Source: Bacilli bacterium
GTDB lineage: Bacteria > Bacillota_I > Bacilli_A > RF39 > UBA660
Direction: 5' to 3'
Assembly (NCBI GenBank): GCA_017887885.1
Contig: JAGHHB010000066.1
Coordinates: 1 to 43,443, forward strand
Length of the DNA stretch: 43,443 bases
The notes beneath the pieces were generated by a model. It had not been told where the DNA came from. It saw nothing but the letters and a program-made list of their open reading frames with translations, and did no database searches. This document shows, piece by piece, positions 1 to 8,866 of this stretch (position 1 is its first letter; each line of letters starts with the position of its first letter). The position numbers were made by a program, and so were the translations under genes.

Positions 1-224
1 ATAGATTGCTAATATTATATGAAAAATAGTTATTTATATGTATCTTTTTGGATAAATATATATAATTACTGTAATGTTAAGAGAAAAATGTGTATTGCAT
101 ATTTAATAGAGACAATATTTTATAAACAATTAAAATGTCTTTTATAATATGTATAATAATAAAAATATTTACAATAGATAAAAAATATGTTAAAATAATT
201 ACTGAAAAAGGAGAATATAGATAT

Positions 225-767
225 ATGGATGAAATAATTCAAAATACTGAAGAAAAAATGCTTCTATCAATTGAAGCATTGGAAAATAAGTTTATTAATG
301 TTCGTGCGGGAAGAGCAAACCCTAATATGTTAGATGGCATTTTAGTCGAATATTATGGTGTTGCTACACCACTTAAATCATTAGCTAATATATCAGTTCC
401 TGAAGCCAGACAAATATCAATTAAACCTTTTGATAAGTCTTGTCTAGGAGCAATTGAAAAAGCTATTTTCGAAGCTAATTTAGGTGTTACACCTAATAAT
501 AATGGAGAAGTAGTATTTATTGTTATTCCTGCTCTTACAGAAGAACGCCGTAAAGAATTGGTAAAACAAGTCAAAAATATCGCTGAAGAAGGAAAAATTG
601 CCCTTCGTAATATTCGTCAGGAAGCTAATAAGGCTATCGAATTATTGCATTTGCCTGAAGATGAAGAGAAAAGGGGAAACGACGAAGTTCAAGATTTAAT
701 TAGTGAATATAATAAAATAATTGAAGAAAAGCTTAAAGACAAAGAAAAAGATTTAATGACAATATAA
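225..767 (+). CDS. frr: ribosome recycling factor
   Basis: Translation MDEIIQNTEEKM...VRAGRANPNMLD...ISIKPFD...TEERRKELVK is typical RRF. The ATG at 225 follows the RBS AAAAAGGAGA (206-214). The upstream ORF extension from 135 is hydrophobic junk. Confidence 0.93.
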   Translation: MDEIIQNTEEKMLLSIEALENKFINVRAGRANPNMLDGILVEYYGVATPLKSLANISVPEARQISIKPFDKSCLGAIEKAIFEANLGVTPNNNGEVVFIVIPALTEERRKELVKQVKNIAEEGKIALRNIRQEANKAIELLHLPEDEEKRGNDEVQDLISEYNKIIEEKLKDKEKDLMTI

Positions 768-793
768 TCCATAATAATTTTTGAGGGGGATTT

Positions 794-1537
794 ATGCAAG
801 AGAAGAAATTTTTAATGCCAAAAATGGCTGAACTTCGAAAAATGCAAGATATGAAAGCTAATATTTATAAATATCTTCTTATAAAAGCAATAGAATCACT
901 AGCTATTGAAAGAAAAAACAATCCTAATAGTGAATTTCTAAAAACGGCTTATGAACGATTTGAGGAAGATCCATATATATCACATGCTATTTGTAAACTT
1001 AATCCTAGTGAAATTATCTTTTTTGATATAGCTAGAAGTGATGTGAAACTATGCCAAGAATACTTAAAAAGAAGAAAAGAAACCTCTGATATATATAATC
1101 TTGATATTTTATCACAATTTCATGTAGATGTAACATATAATCTGTCTATTATGTATGATATTCTATCAATTTTAAGTGAAGGCTTGCCAATTTGTCCAAA
1201 TTATCGCTTTGAATATAGACAGAGTCAAATACTTGATAATATTTTTGGAGGTGAGTTTCATTTGGATATTATTCCAAAGAGGTGTTGGCAAGAAATAGTA
1301 AGACAGTTAGTGAACATTGAGCCATATTATGCTCTACTGTTAAAGGACACTCTTCAAATGACTATGGATGAAAGTGCTATAGCCAGATATCTACATCATG
1401 GTATTGATAGTTGCGCTAATCGCTATGATATCGATGAACAAGTAGGAAGAGAATTTTTAGGTAAGGATATTCTTACCAAACAACCAACTAAAGTAAAAAA
1501 GTTATTATGGTGTATCAATAATGGTAACAAATACTAA
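794..1537 (+). CDS. hypothetical protein (247 aa), no recognisable domain
   Basis: Long ORF preceded by a strong RBS GAGGGGGA (783-790). I recognise no family motifs. Confidence 0.6.
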   Translation: MQEKKFLMPKMAELRKMQDMKANIYKYLLIKAIESLAIERKNNPNSEFLKTAYERFEEDPYISHAICKLNPSEIIFFDIARSDVKLCQEYLKRRKETSDIYNLDILSQFHVDVTYNLSIMYDILSILSEGLPICPNYRFEYRQSQILDNIFGGEFHLDIIPKRCWQEIVRQLVNIEPYYALLLKDTLQMTMDESAIARYLHHGIDSCANRYDIDEQVGREFLGKDILTKQPTKVKKLLWCINNGNKY

Positions 1538-1544
1538 AACAATG

Positions 1545-1752
1545 ACGAGGACATAGTAGTATCTATGACACATAGTTAAAAGCGAATTCTCAAAATTGGT
1601 GAAATGGAGAATAAATTATGATAGATATGAATTCACCCTCTAGTTTTAGCGCATAATCTTACGTTAAAAGATAGAGAGTATAGCTATAAAAGTTATAAAA
1701 AAAGGTGGTACCGCGGATATGTTTCGTCCTTTTGAGGTATCGCTTTTTTATA
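1545..1752 (+). promoter_or_regulatory. T-box leader (tRNA-Phe responsive) controlling pheST
   Basis: Specifier-loop signature GAA-UUC-A at 1629-1635 (UUC = Phe, 1632-1634). Distal Stem I hairpin AUUCUC-AAAAUUGGUGAAAUG-GAGAAU. Conserved T-box sequence GGTGGTACCGCG at 1704-1715. This is followed by GCGGATA...TATCGC plus TTTTTT (about 1712-1750), just before the pheS RBS. Confidence 0.85.
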
Positions 1753-1769
1753 TTAAAGGAGAGATAAAA

Positions 1770-2804
1770 ATGAATATCGAGAAAATAAAAGAAAATATCG
1801 AAAGAGATTTAAATAACGTACCTAATACAGATATCTTAAATCAAGTTAAAGTAAAATATTTAGGTAAGAACGGAATAATTACTAATCTGCAAGTAGGTAT
1901 AAAAGAGCTTCCCAACGAAGAAAAAAAAGAATATGGTATAAAGTTAAATACTATAAAAAAATTTTTTAATGATAGTTTTGAAATAGTTCGTACAAGATTA
2001 CATGAAGAAGAAATTAATCAAAAATTAAAAGAGGATTCTATAGATATTACATTACCTAGTGAAGCAATTATAACGGGATCTCTTCATCCGTTCAGTAGAA
2101 TTGTTGCCGAAATATCTGATTTATTTGCTTCAATGGGATATGACATTATTGATGGGGACGAAATTGAAACCGACGAATATTGTTTTAGACGTCTTAATAT
2201 TCCTAGTGGTCACCCTGCAAGAGATGCTCAAGATACTTTTTATATTGATGAAGAATTTTTACTTCGAAGTCAAACATCAGCTTCACAAGCACATATAATG
2301 GAAGATAACAAAGACAAAACACCAATCAGAATGATATGTCCTGGCAAAGTCTATCGCCGTGACGAAGATGCTACTCATTCTCATCAGTTTGGACAAGTAG
2401 AAGCTCTAGTTGTCGACCGAAATATTTCATTAGCTGATCTCAAAGGAACACTTGAAATATTTGCCCAAAAATTATTAGGAGATAATACTAAAATTAGATT
2501 TAGACCTAGTTATTTTCCCTTTACAGAACCAAGCGTTGAAGTAGATGTATCATGTTTCAAATGTGGAGGAAAAGGTTGTCATCTTTGTAAAAAAACTGGT
2601 TGGATAGAACTTTTGGGAGCTGGTATGGTCCATCCAAATGTTTTAAAAATGGGAGGATATGATCCTGATATTTATACAGGATTTGCTTTTGGTACTGGAT
2701 TAGATAGATTAGCCATGTTCAAATATAACATTCCTGATATCAGATATTTATATACGAATGACATTCGTATGTTAAAGCAATTTGACCGAAAGGATGATGA
2801 ATAA
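1770..2804 (+). CDS. pheS: phenylalanine--tRNA ligase alpha subunit
   Basis: Class II aaRS motifs (HPARD, FRPSYFPFTEPS, GFAFGTGLDRLAM). The ATG at 1770 follows AAAGGAGAG. The ORF-track start at 1719 lies inside the T-box terminator. Confidence 0.95.
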   Translation: MNIEKIKENIERDLNNVPNTDILNQVKVKYLGKNGIITNLQVGIKELPNEEKKEYGIKLNTIKKFFNDSFEIVRTRLHEEEINQKLKEDSIDITLPSEAIITGSLHPFSRIVAEISDLFASMGYDIIDGDEIETDEYCFRRLNIPSGHPARDAQDTFYIDEEFLLRSQTSASQAHIMEDNKDKTPIRMICPGKVYRRDEDATHSHQFGQVEALVVDRNISLADLKGTLEIFAQKLLGDNTKIRFRPSYFPFTEPSVEVDVSCFKCGGKGCHLCKKTGWIELLGAGMVHPNVLKMGGYDPDIYTGFAFGTGLDRLAMFKYNIPDIRYLYTNDIRMLKQFDRKDDE

Positions 2805-5173
2805 TGAAATTAAGTAGAAAATTTGTTAGCGATTATATTGAAATTCCTGTTGACAATCATACTTTAGCTGAAGATATGACTAAAATTGGCAACGAATATG
2901 ATAGTGAGGGCAAACTTTTGCCCGCTACAAACTTGATAATAGGAAAGATAATATCAACTACTTCTCATCCTAATTCTGATCATTTGCATATTTGTCAAGT
3001 AGATATCGGAACTGAAATATTACAAATTATTTGTGGTGCTCCTAACGTCAGAGAAGAAATGAAAGTAATCGTTGCGCTTGTTGGAGCGATTCTTCCAAAT
3101 GGAATTATTAAAAGAACAACGATTCGAGGAATAGAATCTAACGGCATGCTCTGCTCATTAGCAGAACTAGGTATTGAACATAAATTTTTAAAAGATCAAG
3201 ATATTGAGGGAATTTGTGAGTTACCAGCAGAGGCACCGTTAGGAAAAGATCCTATAAGTTACTTGGGTTTTGATGATGAAATTATTGATTTTGCTTTAAC
3301 TTCTAATCGAGGAGATCTTTTTAGTATTATTGGTATGGCCTATGAAATTGGTGCTATATATGATAAAAAAGTCAAAAACATATGTCTAAATTATGAAGAA
3401 AATGAAGAAGATATCAAAAACTATTTGACGTTAGAAATCAAAACAGAAGCTTGTCCCCTTTTTTTAGCTAGAAGAGTAGAAAATGTTACTATTAAGGAAA
3501 GTCCAAATTTTATCAAGGAAAGACTTATTGCATCAGGCATCCGTCCTATCAATAATGTCGTCGATATTTCTAACTATGTTATGTTAGAAACTGGGCAACC
3601 TCTACATTATTATGATGCTGATAGACTTGGAGCAAAACTTGGTGTAAGATTAGCCCAAGAAGGAGAAAAATTAATTACTCTAGACAGCAACGAACGAATA
3701 TTAAGTAGAAGTGATATTGTTATTTATAATAATGATGGTATTGTTGGCCTTGCAGGTATTATGGGAGGACTATCTACCGAAGTCGAAGATGATACTAAAA
3801 ATATTATCATTGAATCTGCTATCTTTGATCCTATCTTAATTCGTAAAACGAGTAAAAAAGTTCTTCGTAGCGAAGCGTCTACTAGATTCGAAAAAGGTTT
3901 AGATCCTAATAGAACATATATGGCTATGGAAAGGAGTCTTCATCTTCTTGAAAAATATGCCAATGCTACTATAGTAAAAGGTATGTTGGAACATAAAAAT
4001 ATTACTATTTCTGACAAAACTATTAAAGTTGCCTATCAAAAGATAAATAATGTATTAGGAATCGACTTGCGTAAAGAAACTATTCTAGATATCTTTAGAA
4101 GACTTGGATTTACTGCGCATGAAGAAACTGCCGATTATCTTTTAGTTACTGTTCCAACCCGAAGAATAGATATCGCTACCATAGAAGATTTAATCGAAGA
4201 GGTTGGAAGAATATATGGAATTGATAACATAATAGGTAAAACAATGACATTACCTTTACGAAAGGGAAAATATGATAAAAGTGATTGGCAGGTAAAAAAT
4301 TTATTGTCCTCTTTAGGATTGTCAGAAACTCTTACTTATTCCTTAATTAAAGATAGCGAAGTGGCTAAATACACAGCTGATGACTTTGAGAGTATCAAAA
4401 TATTGGATCCGATGACAGAAGATAGAAATACACTACGCTATAGTCTAATACCCTCGCTTATGATGATTTACGATTATAATCACAATAGACAAAATATAGA
4501 TATAAATATATTTGAAATAGGGAAGGGATATTACCGAAAAGAAAAGGATTATTTTGAAGACAAAAAGCTTGCTATTTTAATGAGTGGCAATTATTACCTT
4601 TCTTTAGGAAATAATAAAAAAGTTAATTTCTATATTTTAAAAGGAGTTATTGAGAAAGTTTTAAATTATTTAGGCTATAATAACCGCTACGAATTTATAA
4701 ATAGAAATATTCCTCAAGAACTACATCCTGGACAGAGTGCTAGCATTTTAATAGGGGATAATATCGTAGGTCTTTTAGGACGAGTACATCCAAATATTAG
4801 CAAAGAAGATCTTTTTGTCGCCGAAATTAATTTAGACCTATTAAAGAAAATAAAAACTTCAAAAATGAAGTATAGAGAAATAAGCAAATTCCCTAGTATT
4901 ATTATGGACGCATCGTTTATTGTGGATAATAATATTGATAGTCAAACTATTATTAAGACTATTAAAAAAGCAGGTGGTAAGCTATTAGATAATGTTGTAT
5001 TATTTGATCTATACAAGAATAATAGTTTAGGAATAAATAAAAAATCATTAGCATTCAAGTTAATTTTTAAAGATCCAACGAAAACTCTTACTGATGATGA
5101 AATAGCGCTAGTATTTAATAAGATTGTCAAAGAGCTGCAAGATAAATATCAAGCCCTTTTGCGGGATAGCTAA
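2804..5173 (+). CDS. pheT: phenylalanine--tRNA ligase beta subunit
   Basis: 789 aa with an N-terminal tRNA-binding (EMAP-like) domain, B3/4 and B5 regions and a C-terminal FDX-ACB-like end. The ATGA start overlaps the pheS stop. Confidence 0.95.
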   Translation: MKLSRKFVSDYIEIPVDNHTLAEDMTKIGNEYDSEGKLLPATNLIIGKIISTTSHPNSDHLHICQVDIGTEILQIICGAPNVREEMKVIVALVGAILPNGIIKRTTIRGIESNGMLCSLAELGIEHKFLKDQDIEGICELPAEAPLGKDPISYLGFDDEIIDFALTSNRGDLFSIIGMAYEIGAIYDKKVKNICLNYEENEEDIKNYLTLEIKTEACPLFLARRVENVTIKESPNFIKERLIASGIRPINNVVDISNYVMLETGQPLHYYDADRLGAKLGVRLAQEGEKLITLDSNERILSRSDIVIYNNDGIVGLAGIMGGLSTEVEDDTKNIIIESAIFDPILIRKTSKKVLRSEASTRFEKGLDPNRTYMAMERSLHLLEKYANATIVKGMLEHKNITISDKTIKVAYQKINNVLGIDLRKETILDIFRRLGFTAHEETADYLLVTVPTRRIDIATIEDLIEEVGRIYGIDNIIGKTMTLPLRKGKYDKSDWQVKNLLSSLGLSETLTYSLIKDSEVAKYTADDFESIKILDPMTEDRNTLRYSLIPSLMMIYDYNHNRQNIDINIFEIGKGYYRKEKDYFEDKKLAILMSGNYYLSLGNNKKVNFYILKGVIEKVLNYLGYNNRYEFINRNIPQELHPGQSASILIGDNIVGLLGRVHPNISKEDLFVAEINLDLLKKIKTSKMKYREISKFPSIIMDASFIVDNNIDSQTIIKTIKKAGGKLLDNVVLFDLYKNNSLGINKKSLAFKLIFKDPTKTLTDDEIALVFNKIVKELQDKYQALLRDS

Positions 5174-5188
5174 ATAATTTTTAATTAG

Positions 5189-5224
5189 AAGACTGCAATG
5201 TATTATAAAAACAGTCTTTTTTTG
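5189..5224 (+). terminator. intrinsic terminator after pheT
   Basis: Stem AAGACTG (5189-5195) / CAGTCTT (5212-5218) followed by a T-run. Confidence 0.7.
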
Positions 5225-5248
5225 ATCACGTCTTTTGGATATATCCAT

Positions 5249-5286
5249 CTAAAAACTCCGTTTCAAATATTTTCAGAAACGGAGTT
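5249..5286 (-). terminator. intrinsic terminator after the CotZ-like gene
   Basis: 10-bp stem AACTCCGTTT (5254-5263) / AAACGGAGTT (5277-5286). On the minus strand it is followed by UUUU. Confidence 0.65.
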
Positions 5287-5308
5287 ATATCTTAAAAGTA
5301 CTTGTTTT

Positions 5309-5728
5309 TTATACACAATCAACAAAAGTATCATCTAAACATCTTAGTACACAGCAGCAATTTAAATTAATAGTAAAGAAAGAATTAGTAGCTTCGTATG
5401 GGAAAATACTTGTTGTATCGGTATTTGGTGCAAGTACTCGGCAAGTTGCACAGCAGTCATCTAGTTTTTCTAGCCTAAATACTGTTGAAGTAGTTGTCTC
5501 AGCTGGATTCTTACTTATGGGCATTGCTAATGGTGTATTACCACTTGAGCAAGTATATAATACTATAGGTCTAGTATTATAACATAAACTGCTATTTTGT
5601 CCTAGAAAACCTCTATCGCATGTTTCTAGACAACAATCATTTTTGCATACACTTTGCTGTAATAATAGAATAACTTTCAATATATCTGCAATGCAGTTTT
5701 CGCAAGAATTATTTTCATTGTTACACAT
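5309..5728 (-). CDS. cysteine-rich spore coat/exosporium protein, CotZ/CotY family
   Basis: 17 Cys in about 140 aa. Layout resembles B. subtilis CotZ/CotY: N-terminal C..C..I..I..LQ, central TVFRLEKL, ...CCATC..., C-terminal NLNCCCVLRCL. The ATG at 5728 follows RBS GGGGTGG; the track start at 5737 is a GTG inside that RBS. Confidence 0.7.
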   Translation of the reverse strand: MCNNENNSCENCIADILKVILLLQQSVCKNDCCLETCDRGFLGQNSSLCYNTRPIVLYTCSSGNTPLAMPISKNPAETTTSTVFRLEKLDDCCATCRVLAPNTDTTSIFPYEATNSFFTINLNCCCVLRCLDDTFVDCV

Positions 5729-5756
5729 ATAATCCACCCCTTTTTTATATTCAATA

Positions 5757-5765
5757 TAACTTATG
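5757..5765 (-). promoter_or_regulatory. candidate mother-cell (sigma-K/E type) -10 element CATAAGTTA
   Basis: The minus strand reads CATAAGTTA (CATAnnnTA) about 20-30 nt upstream of the CotZ-like start. No convincing -35 was found. Confidence 0.25.
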
Positions 5766-5849
5766 ATAAAAATAGATAAAAATGCACTACTAATACCTAT
5801 AAATAGTAATTTTTTTATATAAAAAGCATAAATATTAATGTGAAATATT

Positions 5850-6089
5850 ATGAAAATACCAAAAATATTAGATAATTATCTTAACGATAGAAAGTATAGC
5901 ATGATTTATAAAGAAGGTAAATTAGATATTATTAATTATACTGAAATAGTCTCTTTTTCTAGTACTTTAATATCTATTAGATATAAAGATAATGTCTATC
6001 ATATTGAAGGTAGTGAACTAGTAATATCTAGAATGATGGATAACGAGATATTAATAACTGGAAATATTGCAAGTGTTTGTTTTATGTAA
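5850..6089 (+). CDS. yqfC: sporulation protein YqfC
   Basis: 79 aa with the pattern G.LDI.NY..I..F....I.I......I.G..L.I......E.LI.G.I. It lies immediately upstream of yqfD, as in Bacillus. Confidence 0.7.
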   Translation: MKIPKILDNYLNDRKYSMIYKEGKLDIINYTEIVSFSSTLISIRYKDNVYHIEGSELVISRMMDNEILITGNIASVCFM

Positions 6090-6127
6090 AATTAACTATA
6101 GATAATAGTACTATAGAAGGTGACAAA

Positions 6128-7315
6128 ATGAAAAATAAAATTTTAAGATTTTTCAGTAGTAATGTAAGAATAAAAGTATCTGGACGAAATGTGAACAATT
6201 TTGTTAAAAGACTTATCAAAAACAGAATTAATATTATCAAATTCATTCCCATATCTTATAAAGAAGCCGATATTATAATCGATTATAATGACTTGGAAAA
6301 AGTTAAAGAGTATAAGACAATATATGATCTTAAAATCGTCAAATATTATGGCAAACTAAAGATATTAAAACTTTTCAAAAAAAATGTTTTTCTTCTTACA
6401 TTTATGATTCTAGGTTTTTTAATCATCTATTTTCTATCAAATATTATTTTTAGTGTGGATATTATTCATTCTAATAATAAAATAATTAAGTTACTAGATC
6501 AAGAATTAACATCACGAGGCATAAAAAAGTATTCTTTTGTTAAAAGTTATCAAGAAATTGAAAAAATTGAAGAAGAAATATTAGAGGAAAATAAAGACAA
6601 TTTAGAGTGGATCGAAATCACGAGAGAAGGTACTAAATATATTGTCAAAGTAGAGGAGCGAATCATAAACAAAGAAATAGAAGAAAATAAAATTTACGAT
6701 ATTGTTGCTTCCAAAAATGCAGTTATTAAGACAATAATTGCCGAATCGGGAGAAAAAGTAAAAGAAATTAATACCTATGTAAAAAAAGGCGAAGTGATTA
6801 TCTCTTCTGACATTTTACTACCAAATAATGAAACAGTAAGAAAAAAAGCACAAGGAAAAGTTATTGGCGAAGTATGGTATACAATCAATATTGATTATCC
6901 TTATTATTATCACGAAATAACTTATACAGGTAAAGAAAAAGAGGTATTAGTTCTTAATTTTTTAAATAAAAGGTTCTCATTGTTTGATTTTCACAAGTAT
7001 AAAACCTTTGATAAAGATACAAAAGTTATTTTTACAGACATCTTCTTCCCTTTATCTTTAGTAAAAGAAACTCAATATGAAACAAATGTTATTGATGTCA
7101 TGTATACTTATGAAGATGCAAGAGAAAAAGCTATCGAACTAGCTAAAGATAAATTAAAAGAAAAGTATCATAGTATTGAGGATATCACCAAAGTTACGAT
7201 TATTAAAGAAGAAGAATTATCTGAAAAAATATCATTATCTTTATTTATAACTTGTACAGAAGATATTACGGAATATCGAGAAGCCGCTCCCGATCTAGAG
7301 TCAAATCCATCTTAA
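6128..7315 (+). CDS. yqfD: sporulation protein YqfD (stage IV)
   Basis: About 395 aa. The N-terminal V.IKVSG.N...F...L....I.I matches the family. It has a single central TM segment and the conserved yqfC-yqfD pairing. The ATG at 6128 follows GAAGGTGA. Confidence 0.8.
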   Translation: MKNKILRFFSSNVRIKVSGRNVNNFVKRLIKNRINIIKFIPISYKEADIIIDYNDLEKVKEYKTIYDLKIVKYYGKLKILKLFKKNVFLLTFMILGFLIIYFLSNIIFSVDIIHSNNKIIKLLDQELTSRGIKKYSFVKSYQEIEKIEEEILEENKDNLEWIEITREGTKYIVKVEERIINKEIEENKIYDIVASKNAVIKTIIAESGEKVKEINTYVKKGEVIISSDILLPNNETVRKKAQGKVIGEVWYTINIDYPYYYHEITYTGKEKEVLVLNFLNKRFSLFDFHKYKTFDKDTKVIFTDIFFPLSLVKETQYETNVIDVMYTYEDAREKAIELAKDKLKEKYHSIEDITKVTIIKEEELSEKISLSLFITCTEDITEYREAAPDLESNPS

Positions 7316-7340
7316 TTCAAAAACCTTATGAGTTTTCTAC

Positions 7341-7369
7341 TTGTAAATAATATCGAATACTAGTATAAT
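7341..7369 (+). promoter_or_regulatory. sigma-A type promoter for the sortase gene
   Basis: TTGTAA (7341-7346), 17-nt spacer, TATAAT (7364-7369). Confidence 0.5.
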
Positions 7370-7384
7370 AATATTGGTGATGGT

Positions 7385-8335
7385 ATGAATGATGATAATG
7401 ATACTAAATTAGAAGCCGAATATATTCCACGACATGCCAAAATTTATCAAGTTCCAGATTATATCGAAAAAAAAAGTGCTAACAGTGAGCAGAATAAAGA
7501 AGTTAGGATTATTAAAAGGCGCAAAAGAAGAAGACCTAAAAAATGGGTATGGAAAGGATTATTAGTTGTAGCGGCCTTTATTACAGTTTTTAGTATTGTT
7601 AAAATAATTCTTTGGATAAATGATAATCACAAGATATCTAAAATAGTAGATAATATTAATGAAAATACAGAGATTATAGAAACAGAAGATGACGAGAATA
7701 CCAAGTTAATCAATGAAGATGAAGATACAAGTAGTGATTATTGGTATTATATTACTTTTCCTTTAATTGATGTCGATTTTACTAATCTAAAAAGTATTAA
7801 CTCTGATACAGTCGGTTGGATTAATGTCAATAATACAAATATAAACTATCCCTTTGTTCAATACAAAGATAATGACTTTTATTTGAACCATTCTTTTGAT
7901 AGATCTTACAATGAAGCAGGGTGGGTATTTATGGATTACCGAAATAGTAGTGATTTAGATAACAAAAATACTATTCTATATGCCCACAGTAGACTTGATA
8001 AGACAATGTTTGGGTCATTAAGTAAGACTCTTAAACAATCTTGGTACAGCAATAAAGATAATCATATTATCAGATTATCTACCGAAAAAGAAAACACTTT
8101 ATGGCAAATATTTTCTGTTTATAAAATTGAAGAAGAAAGTTATTATATTACAACTAAATTTAATAGTGACACAGCATATCAAAATTTTTTAGACACAATA
8201 AAAGAAAGAAGCTTATATGATTTTCATACTAATCTTACTGTCAACGATCGAATACTTACTTTAAGTACATGCTATTCGGATACTGAACGAACGGTCGTCC
8301 ATGCTAAGCTTATTAAACAAAGTATTCGCACATAA
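7385..8335 (+). CDS. srtB: class B sortase with a long N-terminal extension
   Basis: GWINV..TNINYPFVQ..DN.FYL.H, NTILYAHS and the catalytic TLSTCY motif are typical SrtB. One TM segment follows a basic stretch (RRKRRRPKK). Confidence 0.8.
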   Translation: MNDDNDTKLEAEYIPRHAKIYQVPDYIEKKSANSEQNKEVRIIKRRKRRRPKKWVWKGLLVVAAFITVFSIVKIILWINDNHKISKIVDNINENTEIIETEDDENTKLINEDEDTSSDYWYYITFPLIDVDFTNLKSINSDTVGWINVNNTNINYPFVQYKDNDFYLNHSFDRSYNEAGWVFMDYRNSSDLDNKNTILYAHSRLDKTMFGSLSKTLKQSWYSNKDNHIIRLSTEKENTLWQIFSVYKIEEESYYITTKFNSDTAYQNFLDTIKERSLYDFHTNLTVNDRILTLSTCYSDTERTVVHAKLIKQSIRT

Positions 8336-8419
8336 AATTTTACATAATTAAGATATTTTTCTATATCAAAAAAAGAATATATTTTCAATCTTCCTTTTTT
8401 TTGATATAATTATAAAGAG

Positions 8420-8866
8420 GTGATGAAGTTGAAAACAAATAGAGCGATAACACGCGAAAAAGCCATGACTATTTTATATCAACTTTTTCTATATAATAAA
8501 AATAATATTACTTATGATCTTGCTGATATAATTACCGAAGTAATAGCTGATACTGATTCAAACGAGAAAACAAAAATTGACTCCCCATTTTTAAAAGATA
8601 TTATCAATGGTGTTATAAATAACCAAAAAGATATTGATATCTATATTCGCAAATATATGACAAATTGGGATATCGAAAGATTGGGACCAACTGATCAAGC
8701 TATTATTAGAATTGCTGTATATGAACTTGTCTATACTGATACCCCTAATCTTGTATGTATTAATGAATCCATCGAAATAGCAAAAAAGTATTCTGACGAT
8801 AAGGTTGTAAAAATGATCAATGGTGTTTTAGATAAAATATATCACGAAGAGGAAGAAAATGGATAA
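8420..8866 (+). CDS. nusB: transcription antitermination factor NusB
   Basis: The N-terminal R.(T)REKA...LYQ and the C-terminal INESIE(I)AK.Y.....K..NGVLDKI motifs match NusB. The start is ambiguous (GTG 8420, ATG 8423 or TTG 8429) relative to RBS AGAGGTG. Confidence 0.9.
   Translation: MMKLKTNRAITREKAMTILYQLFLYNKNNITYDLADIITEVIADTDSNEKTKIDSPFLKDIINGVINNQKDIDIYIRKYMTNWDIERLGPTDQAIIRIAVYELVYTDTPNLVCINESIEIAKKYSDDKVVKMINGVLDKIYHEEEENG

Noticed and set aside
135-224. N-terminal extensions of track ORFs were considered as possible real leader peptides or gene overlaps. They include frr 135, pheS 1719, yqfD 6077, spoIVB 11544, mnmA 15488, aspS 26241 and the HTH gene 16763, among others.
   Set aside because: In each case a downstream start with a properly spaced Shine-Dalgarno sequence matches the family N-terminus. 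The extensions cross promoters, T-box elements or the preceding gene.
8363-8407. A 12-bp inverted repeat ATATCAAAAAAA ... TTTTTTTGATAT between srtB and nusB, considered as a terminator or attenuator.
   Set aside because: It consists almost entirely of A-T pairs and has a 21-nt loop and no downstream U-run. The 3' arm is more simply explained as the extended -10 (TTGATATAAT) of the nusB promoter.
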